64,000 nucleotides of DNA from Candidatus Omnitrophota bacterium (GTDB lineage Bacteria; Omnitrophota; Gorgyraeia; Gygaellales; Profunditerraquicolaceae): positions 14,477-78,476 of the forward strand of contig JBAZKL010000002.1 of NCBI GenBank assembly GCA_041650835.1, read 5' to 3'. Shown piece after piece: positions 18,541-27,922 of this stretch. A model generated the notes under the pieces. It did no database searches. It had not been told where the DNA came from and saw only the letters and a list, made by a program, of their open reading frames with translations. The position numbers and the translations under genes are program-made. How positions within the stretch are numbered: the stretch's first letter is position 1; every line of letters begins with the position of its first letter.

Positions 18541-18610
18541 CGGGCCGGTGGTCTATAGTCGATAGTCTATGAGCAGAGCTTTAGACTATTGACCATCGAC
18601 TATTGACCCG
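18541..18610. repeat. Palindrome built from degenerate 7-mers (TATAGTC/GACTATT) between dnaK and dnaJ
   Basis: 29-nt arms complementary, allowing G:U pairs and a few mismatches. Confidence 0.7.
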
Positions 18611-18622
18611 GAGTCATTTAAC

Positions 18623-19783
18623 GTGTCTACTAAACGCGATTACTATGAAATATTAGGGGTTAAGAAAAGCGCTACCCTTGATGAGATCAAAAAAGCCTAT
18701 CGGGAGCTGGCGCTTCGCTTCCATCCGGACCGTGTTGCTCATGAGCAAAAAAAAGAAGCCGAAGAGAAATTCAAGGAGATCTCGGAGGCGTACGCTGTTT
18801 TATCCGATTCTCAAAAGCGCGCGCTCTACGACCAATACGGCCATTCGGGTATTGACCAGAAATATGCTTATGAAGATATCTTTAAAGGCGCTGATTTCGG
18901 AAGCATTTTTAAGGATATGGGCGATTACGGGTTCGGGGGAGGATTATTTGACGAGATATTCGGGGACATGGGATTTGATGTCTTCGGGTCCAGGGGAGGC
19001 AGGCAGCGGGGAGCCCGCGGCCGTAAGGGCAGAGACCTGGAGATCGCCATCGATTTGACCCTGGAAGAAGTTTCCGAGGGAGTTGAAAAGACTATTACGG
19101 TGCCGCGCTATGAAGTATGCGCTACCTGCTCCGGAAGCGGGGCTAAACCGGGCTCTAAGAAAGTCACCTGCGCGCAATGTAAAGGCTCGGGCCGAATGGT
19201 CGTCTCTAACGGGTTTTTCCAAATGGCGCAGACCTGTAACCGCTGCCATGGGGAAGGCGCGTTAGTGCAAACTCCCTGTTCCGATTGTACCGGCGAAGGC
19301 CGCGTTAAGGTCACGCGTAATATAAAGGTAAAGATCCCCGCGGGTGTGGATACCGGCTCGCATTTACGGGTCAGGGGAGAAGGAGAATCCGGTACAGCCG
19401 GAAGAGGGGACCTCTATGTTGTTATTGAGGTCAGGCAGCATCCTGTTTTTGAACGGCACAATAATGATATCCTGACCGAAGTTACCGTAAGTATAACCAA
19501 GGCGATCCTGGGTGCCGAAGTCGAAATACCCACCCTGAACGGCAAGGTCATGATGAAAATACCTCCCGGGACTCAAAGCGGCAGGATATTCCGATTGAAA
19601 GAAAAAGGCGTGCCTGATGTCCATGACAGAGGAGTGGGTGATGAATTAGTTAAGGTTAATGTGCAGATACCGGTTAATATTTCTTCGGAACAACGCAGAT
19701 TGATCGAAGAATTTTCCCGGTTATCAGGTGAGAACTCAGGTAAAGAAAGCCTTTCCGAGAAGATAAAGAAGGCTTTTAAATAA
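18623..19783 (+). CDS. dnaJ: Chaperone DnaJ
   Basis: J domain HPD; four CxxCxGxG repeats. Confidence 0.96.
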   Translation: MSTKRDYYEILGVKKSATLDEIKKAYRELALRFHPDRVAHEQKKEAEEKFKEISEAYAVLSDSQKRALYDQYGHSGIDQKYAYEDIFKGADFGSIFKDMGDYGFGGGLFDEIFGDMGFDVFGSRGGRQRGARGRKGRDLEIAIDLTLEEVSEGVEKTITVPRYEVCATCSGSGAKPGSKKVTCAQCKGSGRMVVSNGFFQMAQTCNRCHGEGALVQTPCSDCTGEGRVKVTRNIKVKIPAGVDTGSHLRVRGEGESGTAGRGDLYVVIEVRQHPVFERHNNDILTEVTVSITKAILGAEVEIPTLNGKVMMKIPPGTQSGRIFRLKEKGVPDVHDRGVGDELVKVNVQIPVNISSEQRRLIEEFSRLSGENSGKESLSEKIKKAFK

Positions 19784-19815
19784 ATTAGTAACTAGTAACG
19801 AGTAAGGGGGAAGTT

Positions 19816-20067
19816 ATGCCGACATACGAATATGAGTGTGCTCAGTGCGGGAAGTTTGACCAATTCCAAACTATGAGCGCTGAAGCGTTAAAGAAATGCC
19901 CGAAATGCGGCAAAAAAGTCAAGAAACTCATCAGCAGCGGCGCGGGAATAATATTCAAAGGCAGCGGGTTTTATGCCACTGATTACCGTAAGCCTGCGAA
20001 ATCAAGCAGCGCTCCATCGGGCGGCTGCCCTAACGCTTCCAAAGGATGCAATGGCTGCAGCCATTAA
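19816..20067 (+). CDS. FmdB-family zinc ribbon protein
   Basis: MPTYEYEC..C...CPKCG...FKGSGFYATDY. Confidence 0.9.
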   Translation: MPTYEYECAQCGKFDQFQTMSAEALKKCPKCGKKVKKLISSGAGIIFKGSGFYATDYRKPAKSSSAPSGGCPNASKGCNGCSH

Positions 20068-20080
20068 GCCGGACCAACTG

Positions 20081-20476
20081 ATGCGCTTCATTAAATACTG
20101 GATACCGGTAATAATTTATGCTATAATCATTTTTCAAGTTTCAGCGACCCCCGGGGAAGAGATCCTGACCCTGTTCCCGAAACAGGATATTGTAGCGCAT
20201 GTGCTGGAATATTTTATCTTCGCGTTGCTGATAAACCGCGCGTTAAAAGCGTATTTCCCCGGGATCTCTTTCGGCGCGAGGTTCCTCGCGGTGAGTTTAA
20301 TAGGTATCGTATACGGCGCAAGCGATGAGTTCCATCAGATGTTTGTGCCGAACCGGTATTGTTCTTCGGCCGACCTGTGGTGCGATTCGCTGGGGGTTTT
20401 TGCCGCCAATATCGTGTATGGGTTGGATGTGAGAAGATTTTCCTTGAAACATCTTCCTGTCCTTAAGAATAATTAA
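20081..20476 (+). CDS. VanZ-family membrane protein
   Basis: DIVAHVLEY, YGASDEFHQMFVPNR; ATG at 20081 within the longer ORF. Confidence 0.85.
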   Translation: MRFIKYWIPVIIYAIIIFQVSATPGEEILTLFPKQDIVAHVLEYFIFALLINRALKAYFPGISFGARFLAVSLIGIVYGASDEFHQMFVPNRYCSSADLWCDSLGVFAANIVYGLDVRRFSLKHLPVLKNN

Positions 20477-20480
20477 AATT

Positions 20481-21773
20481 ATGATGACTAAGATTAAACC
20501 CTTTAAAGCATTGATCTACAACCAGGAAAAGTTCCCTGATCTTTCCAAGGTGGTTTGCCCTCCTTATGATATTATTTCTCCCGCTCAACAGCAGTATTAT
20601 CATGATCTGGACGAACATAATCTTTTACACGTACTGCTTTCGAAAGACTCCCCTGATAAAGATAAGTATCAGGTTGCCGGGTCTTATTTCAGGGATTGGT
20701 TAAAAAATAAGATATTGGTCCAGGATAAGGGCCCCGCGGTGTATTTTTACAGCCATCAATATAACATCAAAGGAGAAAAGCGCATCCGTCACGGCTTTTT
20801 GGCATTGATGCGCTTAGGCGATTCAAGCGCGCCCGTATTCGCCCATGAACATACCCGGCTTGAAGCAAAAGAGGACCGCGCGCGGCTTATCCGCCAGGTT
20901 AAGGCGAATTTAAGCCCTATCTTCGTGCTTTTTCCCGATAAGAAGCGAGTGGTAGCGTATTTACACCAACAATACCTTAAAGATAAGAAACCGTTCATGG
21001 ATATCACGGATGATGAGAGGAATAATCATAAGGTCTGGAGGATAGATGCACCTGAGGTATTAGAGGCGATCCAGCAGAAGATGCAGGATGAGAATTTTTT
21101 TATAGCTGACGGGCATCACCGTTATGAAGTTGCCTGCGGGTACCGGGACGAAGTGAAAAGAAAGCAGGGGAATTTAAGCGAAGAGGATGAGTGTAATTAT
21201 ATCCTGACTTATTTTACCAATACGGATTCTTTAGGCTTGACCATATTGCCGATACACCGCCTGGTTAAGCTTGAGAAGAATTTTGATATTGAAGGCTTCA
21301 TAACAAGCCTTAAAGAATTTTTCTACGTGGAAGAGGTAAAAGATAAAGTTAAATTCTTCTTCCTGCTTGAAAAAGCCGGCAGGACCGAGCACATCATCGG
21401 AATGTATAAGAATAAAAAATATTGGCTGGTGCGTTTACGTAACATCAAGATCGTTGATAAGATGATCACCGATAGGCCGCCTGAATACCGCAGATTAGAC
21501 GTTTCTATCCTGAATTATATCATTTTGCAGCATATCCTGCGCCTGGATGTCGATAATAAGGATGTGGTGACGTTTAATCCGGAAGCTGAAGAATTGATCG
21601 ATCAGGTGGATGCGGATCCGGCGTATATTTCCTTTTTCTTGAATCCCACCAAAGTGGGGCAGATCATGTCGGTAGCCATAAACGGAAATAAAATGCCTCC
21701 TAAATCGACCTATTTTTATCCAAAAGTCCTTTCCGGCCTGGTAATAAATAAATTCAACGAGGATAAAGTATAA
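20481..21773 (+). CDS. DUF1015 family protein
   Basis: PPYDII, HEHT, IADGHHRYE, MPPKSTYFYPK. Confidence 0.9.
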   Translation: MMTKIKPFKALIYNQEKFPDLSKVVCPPYDIISPAQQQYYHDLDEHNLLHVLLSKDSPDKDKYQVAGSYFRDWLKNKILVQDKGPAVYFYSHQYNIKGEKRIRHGFLALMRLGDSSAPVFAHEHTRLEAKEDRARLIRQVKANLSPIFVLFPDKKRVVAYLHQQYLKDKKPFMDITDDERNNHKVWRIDAPEVLEAIQQKMQDENFFIADGHHRYEVACGYRDEVKRKQGNLSEEDECNYILTYFTNTDSLGLTILPIHRLVKLEKNFDIEGFITSLKEFFYVEEVKDKVKFFFLLEKAGRTEHIIGMYKNKKYWLVRLRNIKIVDKMITDRPPEYRRLDVSILNYIILQHILRLDVDNKDVVTFNPEAEELIDQVDADPAYISFFLNPTKVGQIMSVAINGNKMPPKSTYFYPKVLSGLVINKFNEDKV

Positions 21774-21777
21774 TCCT

Positions 21778-22617
21778 ATGCCGCTTTTCGGAAAACCAAA
21801 ATATACCATTGTCCGCATCAAGAAAAAAGAGATGCCTGACGGGCTTTGGACCAAATGCGAAGAGTGCGGCGAAGTCTTGTATAATAAGACCCTGGAAGAG
21901 AATTTCCGGGTGTGCCCGAAATGCAATTATCATTTTGTTTTGGGGGCGCATGAGCGGGTGAATGTGCTTATTGACGCGGGCACCTTTGAAGAATTCGACA
22001 CCGAACTAAAGACCGCGGACCCGCTTGATTTCAAAGGCCCGAAAACATATAAAGATAAGCTCGCGGCTGACCAGGCCGCCACAGGGCTCAAAGAAGCGGT
22101 AGTGACGGGTTCAGGGCTCTTAGACGGCAAAAAGGTCGTTGTCGCGGTCACCGATTCGCGTTTTATCATGGGGTCGATGGGGTCGGTCGTGGGGGAGAAG
22201 ATCACGCATGCTATCGAGACGGCGACAAAAAATAAGCTTCCCGTTATCATCGTTTCCGGCTCCGGCGGAGGTGCCCGCATGTATGAAGGGATGTTCAGCC
22301 TGATGCAGATGGCAAAGACCTGCGCGGCGCTCTCGTATCATCACCGGGAAAAATTGCCGTACCTGTCTATTTTGACGAATCCGACTATGGCGGGGATCAT
22401 GGCGTCATTCGCCGGTATCGGGGACTTGATAATCGCGGAACCGAAAGCCTTGATCGGGTTTACCGGCCCGCGTGTTATCGAACAGACGATCCGCCAGAAA
22501 TTGCCGCCGGGTTTTCAGCGCTCCGAGTTCCTGCTGGAGCACGGGCTTATAGATATGATCGTGCATCGTAAGGATATGAAGCCGACGTTGCGCCAGATAC
22601 TGGAATATCTCGATTGA
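21778..22617 (+). CDS. accD: Acetyl-CoA carboxylase carboxyltransferase beta subunit
   Basis: GLWTKC..C Zn finger, GSMGSVVGEK, GFTGPRVIEQT. Confidence 0.95.
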   Translation: MPLFGKPKYTIVRIKKKEMPDGLWTKCEECGEVLYNKTLEENFRVCPKCNYHFVLGAHERVNVLIDAGTFEEFDTELKTADPLDFKGPKTYKDKLAADQAATGLKEAVVTGSGLLDGKKVVVAVTDSRFIMGSMGSVVGEKITHAIETATKNKLPVIIVSGSGGGARMYEGMFSLMQMAKTCAALSYHHREKLPYLSILTNPTMAGIMASFAGIGDLIIAEPKALIGFTGPRVIEQTIRQKLPPGFQRSEFLLEHGLIDMIVHRKDMKPTLRQILEYLD

Positions 22618-22627
22618 TGAGAAAAAG

Positions 22628-22656
22628 TTGATTTTTTCCGGAATTATTGCTATACT
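22628..22656 (+). promoter_or_regulatory. Sigma70 promoter
   Basis: TTGATT-N17-TATACT with extended TG. Confidence 0.65.
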
Positions 22657-22751
22657 TGATGTCTTGTTGTTGCGGTAAAAAGATTACAGAGATCCATGAG
22701 AACTACAAGCGTATTGATTCTTAAGCCAGACCAAGAGTGTGGAGGCATGAT

Positions 22752-23855
22752 ATGGCTCAGGTAAGTTTAAAGAATGTTTCAAAAGTATATCCGAACGGAG
22801 TAAAAGTCGTCAATAATCTGAATCTTGGCGTCGAGAATAAGGAATTCCTTGTTTTGGTCGGGCCTTCCGGCTGCGGTAAATCGACAACCTTGAGAATGAT
22901 CGCCGGGCTGGAAGAGATAACAGAAGGCGAGATCTTTATCGGTAATAAGAAGGTCAATGACGTCCCCGCGAAAGACCGCGATATCGCGATGGTCTTTCAG
23001 AATTACGCGTTATATCCTCATATGACCGTTTTTGAGAATATGGCGTTCGGCTTGAAGCTGCGCCATTATCCCAAGCATGAGATCGTTCAGCGCGTCAGCG
23101 AGGCGGCAGAGATCCTGGGTATCAAGCATTTACTTAACCGCAAACCAAAGGAATTATCGGGCGGGGAGCGCCAGCGCGTAGCGGTAGGCAGGGCGATCGT
23201 CCGGAAGCCGTTGGTATTCTTGTTCGACGAGCCTTTAAGCAATCTCGACGCGAAGCTGCGCGTGCAGATGCGCACTGAGATCCATAAACTGCATATCAGG
23301 CTCCAGACCACGATCATTTACGTTACGCATGACCAGATAGAAGCTATGACGATGGGAGACCGTATCGTGGTCATGAAAGGGGGGGTCATTCAACAGGTCG
23401 CCGACCCTATCTCCATCTATGACCATCCTAAGAATAAATTTGTCGCCGGCTTTATCGGATCGCCGCCGATGAACTTTATGAACGGCAAGATCATAAAGAA
23501 AAGCTCCAAGATCTATTTCACCGAAGGTAAGATCTCGGTCAAGGTCGTCGAGGATATGTATAGTAAAATGACCCCCTATATCGGCAGGGACATCATTATG
23601 GGGGTGCGTTCGGAAGATATTTATGATAAATTATTCGTGTCAGAGGCTCCTCCGGAGAATGTGGTCCGGGTCAATTGTGAAGTTGTTGAACCGATGGGCT
23701 CGGAAGTGTATTTGTATTTGAATACGGGCAAGCATACCTTTATCGCCCGAGTAGGCGCTCATAATAAGCCGCAGGTGAATCAGGATATGGACTTGGTTTT
23801 TGATATGAGCAAAGTCCATTTTTTTGATAAAGAAACCGAAGAAACAATAGTATAG
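22752..23855 (+). CDS. Carbohydrate ABC transporter ATPase (MalK/UgpC family)
   Basis: GPSGCGKST, LSGGERQR, DEPLSNLDAKLR, C-terminal TOBE region. Confidence 0.92.
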   Translation: MAQVSLKNVSKVYPNGVKVVNNLNLGVENKEFLVLVGPSGCGKSTTLRMIAGLEEITEGEIFIGNKKVNDVPAKDRDIAMVFQNYALYPHMTVFENMAFGLKLRHYPKHEIVQRVSEAAEILGIKHLLNRKPKELSGGERQRVAVGRAIVRKPLVFLFDEPLSNLDAKLRVQMRTEIHKLHIRLQTTIIYVTHDQIEAMTMGDRIVVMKGGVIQQVADPISIYDHPKNKFVAGFIGSPPMNFMNGKIIKKSSKIYFTEGKISVKVVEDMYSKMTPYIGRDIIMGVRSEDIYDKLFVSEAPPENVVRVNCEVVEPMGSEVYLYLNTGKHTFIARVGAHNKPQVNQDMDLVFDMSKVHFFDKETEETIV

Positions 23856-23876
23856 CCTTTCTAAGCCATTACACGA

Positions 23877-25145
23877 GTGGCAAAAAAACCTTCGCATATT
23901 ATTTATTTTCTTGTTTTGTGCTTGTGCCTTCCTCTTTTTCTCTCGTTTTTCACGAAATTCTTTTCTTTCCTTTCTCTTTTCCTGTTTTATTGCGCGAACG
24001 GTTTACTGACGCTGGTGCTTTTTAAACAAAATTCAAAACGCCTCAATCTTTGCGGCCACTTCAAGGAAGACCTCCAGGAAAAAGTCAATATCGTTAAGAA
24101 TGAACACGCGCGGGAGCAAGAAAGTAAGATCTCCCTGCAAGAGAAGATCAAACGGTATAACAGCCTGAAAGAGATCATCGAGGATATTAATCGTAATCTT
24201 TCTTTGGTCTCAATAGCCGATAACCTGGCGGCGATCGCCTTTTCAATAATCGCGGACAATAAGGGGGCTTGTATCCTGTACCTTATCGATCCCCAGACCC
24301 AGAAATTAAGCCTCTTCAAGACTAAAAAAGAAGACCGAAAGCTTGTTGTCAAAGAAAAGCAGGGAGACCTCTTTGATTGGTGGGTCCTGCGCCATTCCAG
24401 CCCCTTGCTGGTTGAGGATATGCATAATGATTTCCGCTTCGATCTTGAAAAGGTCAAGATGAAAGACGCGCGCGAAGTTTCCTCCCTGGTCAGCGCTCCG
24501 TTTGTCAGCGAGCATAAATTCCTCGGGATCTTGCGGTTGGATAATTCCCGGAGCAATTATTATTCCCAGGATGACCTGCGGTTTTTGGTAGCGATCTGCG
24601 ATTTAGGCGCGGTCGCCCTGGAAAACGGCGAGCTGTATCTCAAGACCGAAGACCTGGCTATCCATGACGGTTTGACCGGTTTGTACCGCAAAGGATATTT
24701 TATGGAGCGGCTCAATGAGGAAGTCAAGCGCTGCCTGCGCCAGAACAGCACTTTTTCACTGCTGATGCTCGATGTCGATTATTTCAAGCAGTATAATGAT
24801 ACCTTCGGGCATGCCTCCGGAGACCTGGTATTAACAAAGATGAGCGAGGTGATGAAGGATTTCTTTAAAGAAAAGAGCTCGGTGGCGGGCCGTTTTGGCG
24901 GGGAAGAATTCTGCGTCATCATATCGGGAGCCGATAAGCAGAAGGCTTTCTCGCTCGCGGAAGAATTACGAAAGAAAATTGAAAGCACGCAGGTTGATCT
25001 GCGCCAGCAAAAGACCAGCGTTACGGTTTCCGTGGGAGTGGCGAATTTTCCCAATGACGCGCGTGACGAGACCGAGCTGGTCCTTAAAGTGGACAAGGCC
25101 CTGTACGAGGCAAAGCGGCTGGGAAGGAACCGGGTGAACGGATAA
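23877..25145 (+). CDS. Membrane GAF + GGDEF diguanylate cyclase
   Basis: N-terminal TMs, GAF, DGLTGL, RFGGEEF. Confidence 0.9.
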   Translation: MAKKPSHIIYFLVLCLCLPLFLSFFTKFFSFLSLFLFYCANGLLTLVLFKQNSKRLNLCGHFKEDLQEKVNIVKNEHAREQESKISLQEKIKRYNSLKEIIEDINRNLSLVSIADNLAAIAFSIIADNKGACILYLIDPQTQKLSLFKTKKEDRKLVVKEKQGDLFDWWVLRHSSPLLVEDMHNDFRFDLEKVKMKDAREVSSLVSAPFVSEHKFLGILRLDNSRSNYYSQDDLRFLVAICDLGAVALENGELYLKTEDLAIHDGLTGLYRKGYFMERLNEEVKRCLRQNSTFSLLMLDVDYFKQYNDTFGHASGDLVLTKMSEVMKDFFKEKSSVAGRFGGEEFCVIISGADKQKAFSLAEELRKKIESTQVDLRQQKTSVTVSVGVANFPNDARDETELVLKVDKALYEAKRLGRNRVNG

Positions 25146-25146
25146 T

Positions 25147-26148
25147 ATGTGGGCGAATATCTTTTTAATGGTTATGACGGTGCTGGCGTATTTTTTGCTT
25201 AATAAGCTTTTCAGCCGTTATTATTCCGGCGCCCGGAATGAATGCGAAAACGTGCAGGCGCAATACGCACAGCTATGCGCGGAACTTGAGCGGGTCAAGA
25301 GTGAGAACGCGGGCTTGAAAAAGAGCCTTGAGAATACGCTGGTCCTTTATGAGATCACCCGTGATATCTGTAAATCGATCGATGAAGAAGCGGTTTTTAA
25401 TAATTTTCTCGCCCAGATCAATAAATTCATGGAGTTGAAAGATTGTAAATTCTTAAAAGGCCAGGAGGATATTTCGGGGTATAAGGATTATACGGTTTTA
25501 CCGCTCTACCTGCACCGCAGCTTAGCGGGTTATCTGGTAGCTGACGGTGTCCCGGATGCCGATAAAGAGAAATTCCATATTCTTGCCCAGCAGTTCCTCC
25601 TGGGTATGAAGCGGGCGATCCTTTACAAGCGGGTCCAGGACCTGGCTATTACTGACACGCTCACTAACGTTTTTACGCGCCGGCATTATTTGGAAAGGCT
25701 CCAGGGAGAGATCGATTATTCGTCGAAATTAAACTATTTGTTCGCGTTCCTGATGCTTGATGTCGACCATTTTAAGGGGTTTAATGACCATTACGGCCAT
25801 TTGGTGGGGGACGCGATCCTCAAAGAAGTCGCAAAGGTGATCAAAGACAACCTGCGCCAGATCGATATGGTGGGCCGTTACGGAGGAGAAGAGTTTTCCG
25901 TTATTTTGACGCAGACCGACCGTGAAGGTGCGATCCTCGCGGCTGAACGTATCAGGCAGTCTTTAGAGGCGTCATCCACCATGATCTATGACGAAGAGAT
26001 CAAGGTTACCATCAGTATCGGGATATCGGTTTTTCCCGATGATTCCCGCGATATGGAATCATTGATAGAAAAAGCCGATGCCGCTTTGTATAAAGCCAAA
26101 GAGGCGGGGCGTAACTGCGTGCGTGTATGGAGTGCGAACAGCGATTAG
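25147..26148 (+). CDS. Membrane-anchored GGDEF diguanylate cyclase
   Basis: TM, coiled coil, RQID I-site, RYGGEEF. Confidence 0.9.
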   Translation: MWANIFLMVMTVLAYFLLNKLFSRYYSGARNECENVQAQYAQLCAELERVKSENAGLKKSLENTLVLYEITRDICKSIDEEAVFNNFLAQINKFMELKDCKFLKGQEDISGYKDYTVLPLYLHRSLAGYLVADGVPDADKEKFHILAQQFLLGMKRAILYKRVQDLAITDTLTNVFTRRHYLERLQGEIDYSSKLNYLFAFLMLDVDHFKGFNDHYGHLVGDAILKEVAKVIKDNLRQIDMVGRYGGEEFSVILTQTDREGAILAAERIRQSLEASSTMIYDEEIKVTISIGISVFPDDSRDMESLIEKADAALYKAKEAGRNCVRVWSANSD

Positions 26149-26297
26149 GAGCCGAGAAACGATACACCCGGCGCTAATCGCACCCCGCCTTATTGGAATG
26201 GCGGGGTATGCCGCCTTCTGCGGCAGAATTGCGCCGGTGCGCGCTTTCTGCGCAGCCGATAACCGAGAACCGAACACCGAAAACCCTGTAATATTCC

Positions 26298-26326
26298 TTG
26301 CAATTAAAACCACTTTAATATAGAAT
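26298..26326 (+). promoter_or_regulatory. Sigma70 promoter immediately before the ROK gene
   Basis: TTGCAA-N17-TAGAAT, 8 nt before ATG. Confidence 0.6.
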
Positions 26327-26334
26327 ACTTACAC

Positions 26335-27270
26335 ATGAAAAGTAAATACATCATTGGGATTGATCTCGGGGGGACCAACCTGAAGATCGCGTTATTCAAC
26401 GGGCGCTGCCGGTTACAGAGTAAAGAGATCATAAGTACCCGTCAATTCAGGGAAAAAGAAGAATTGATCTCAGGGATCGTAGATTCGATCGGTTTTCTGA
26501 CCGGTAAGAACAATATCGTGAAGTCTCAGGTGCTCGGCTTGGGCCTCGGGCTGCCCGGCCCGATCGACGTGGATAAGGGGATGGTGCATTTTTTCCCGAA
26601 TATCCCCGGATGGAAAGAAGTCCATCTGAGCAGCATACTTAAAAAGCGTTTAGGCGTTCCCGTTTTTATCGATAATGATGCTAATCTTATGGCATTAGCC
26701 GAGTATCGATTAGGCGCGGCAGTAGGATATAAGAACGTCGTTTGCCTTACGTTAGGGACCGGGGTCGGCGGTGGGCTTATCCTTGAAGGAAAGCTCTATC
26801 ATGGCTCGACCTACGCGGCAGGCGAGATCGGGCATATGCCTCTTAATGAAAGCGGCCCGAAATGCAATTGCGGGGGGAAAGCCTGCCTGGAGGCGTATAT
26901 CGGCAATAACAGGATCGCCGCGGAAGTAAAAAGGTTATTCAAAAAAGATATTTCTTTGGAAAAGGTAAGTTTACTCGCGAGATCGGGGAACCGCACGGCA
27001 TTGCGGGTATGGGTGAATATGGGAAAGCGTTTGGGCCTGGCGCTTTCGAGCATCGTTAATCTTCTGAATCCCGATTGTATTGTTATCGGCGGCGGGGTCG
27101 CCGGCGCCGGGAAAGTACTTTTTGACACGGTGCGGGAAACTATCCGCGAACGCGCGATGTGCGTGCAGGCGAAAAATGTGAAAATAGTTAAGGCTTCCCT
27201 GGGATATGACGCGGGCATGATCGGTGCCGCGCTTTTTGTCCGGGAGCACTTGTCGCAGAGGCTACGATAA
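26335..27270 (+). CDS. ROK-family sugar kinase (glucokinase-like)
   Basis: [34 protein letters not shown]. Confidence 0.92.
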   Translation: MKSKYIIGIDLGGTNLKIALFNGRCRLQSKEIISTRQFREKEELISGIVDSIGFLTGKNNIVKSQVLGLGLGLPGPIDVDKGMVHFFPNIPGWKEVHLSSILKKRLGVPVFIDNDANLMALAEYRLGAAVGYKNVVCLTLGTGVGGGLILEGKLYHGSTYAAGEIGHMPLNESGPKCNCGGKACLEAYIGNNRIAAEVKRLFKKDISLEKVSLLARSGNRTALRVWVNMGKRLGLALSSIVNLLNPDCIVIGGGVAGAGKVLFDTVRETIRERAMCVQAKNVKIVKASLGYDAGMIGAALFVREHLSQRLR

Positions 27271-27274
27271 TATA

Positions 27275-27922
27275 ATGAAGATATTTCTCGATACGGCTAA
27301 TGTTAAAGAAATTAAGGAAGTGGCTGCTTTGGGGTTGGTGGACGGGGTGACAACTAACCCGTCGCTGCTGGCGAAGGAAAAACGTCCCGCCAAAGATGTC
27401 CTTAAGGAGATCTGTTCGGCGGTGGATGTTCCGGTAAGCGCTGAAGTGATCAGTTTAAATGCAGACGGCATGCTGGATGAGGCCTTTGAGCTTTCCAAGA
27501 TCGCTAAAAATATCGTGATCAAGATCCCGTTGATCAAAGAAGGATTGAAAGCGGTCAAGGTTTTGTCGGAGAAAAAGATCCCGACGAACGTAACGTTGTG
27601 TTTTTCTCCGACTCAGGCGCTCTTGGTCGCTAAGCTGGGCGCTGATTATGTTTCGCCATTTATCGGCAGGTTCGACGATATCAGCCAGGCGGGGATCGAG
27701 CTGGTAGGCCAGATAAAACAAATATATGAGAATTATGGGTTCCAGACGCAGATCATTGTCGCCTCCGTGCGTAATCCGCTTCATGTGGTCGACGCGGCTT
27801 TGATCGGCGCGGATATCGTTACCGCGCCCTTTTCCGTTATAGAACAGCTGATCAAGCATCCTTTGACCGATATAGGAATACAGAGGTTTTTAGAGGACTA
27901 TAAGAAAATCCCGAAAAATTAA
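27275..27922 (+). CDS. Transaldolase / fructose-6-phosphate aldolase family
   Basis: [29 protein letters not shown]. Confidence 0.92.
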   Translation: MKIFLDTANVKEIKEVAALGLVDGVTTNPSLLAKEKRPAKDVLKEICSAVDVPVSAEVISLNADGMLDEAFELSKIAKNIVIKIPLIKEGLKAVKVLSEKKIPTNVTLCFSPTQALLVAKLGADYVSPFIGRFDDISQAGIELVGQIKQIYENYGFQTQIIVASVRNPLHVVDAALIGADIVTAPFSVIEQLIKHPLTDIGIQRFLEDYKKIPKN

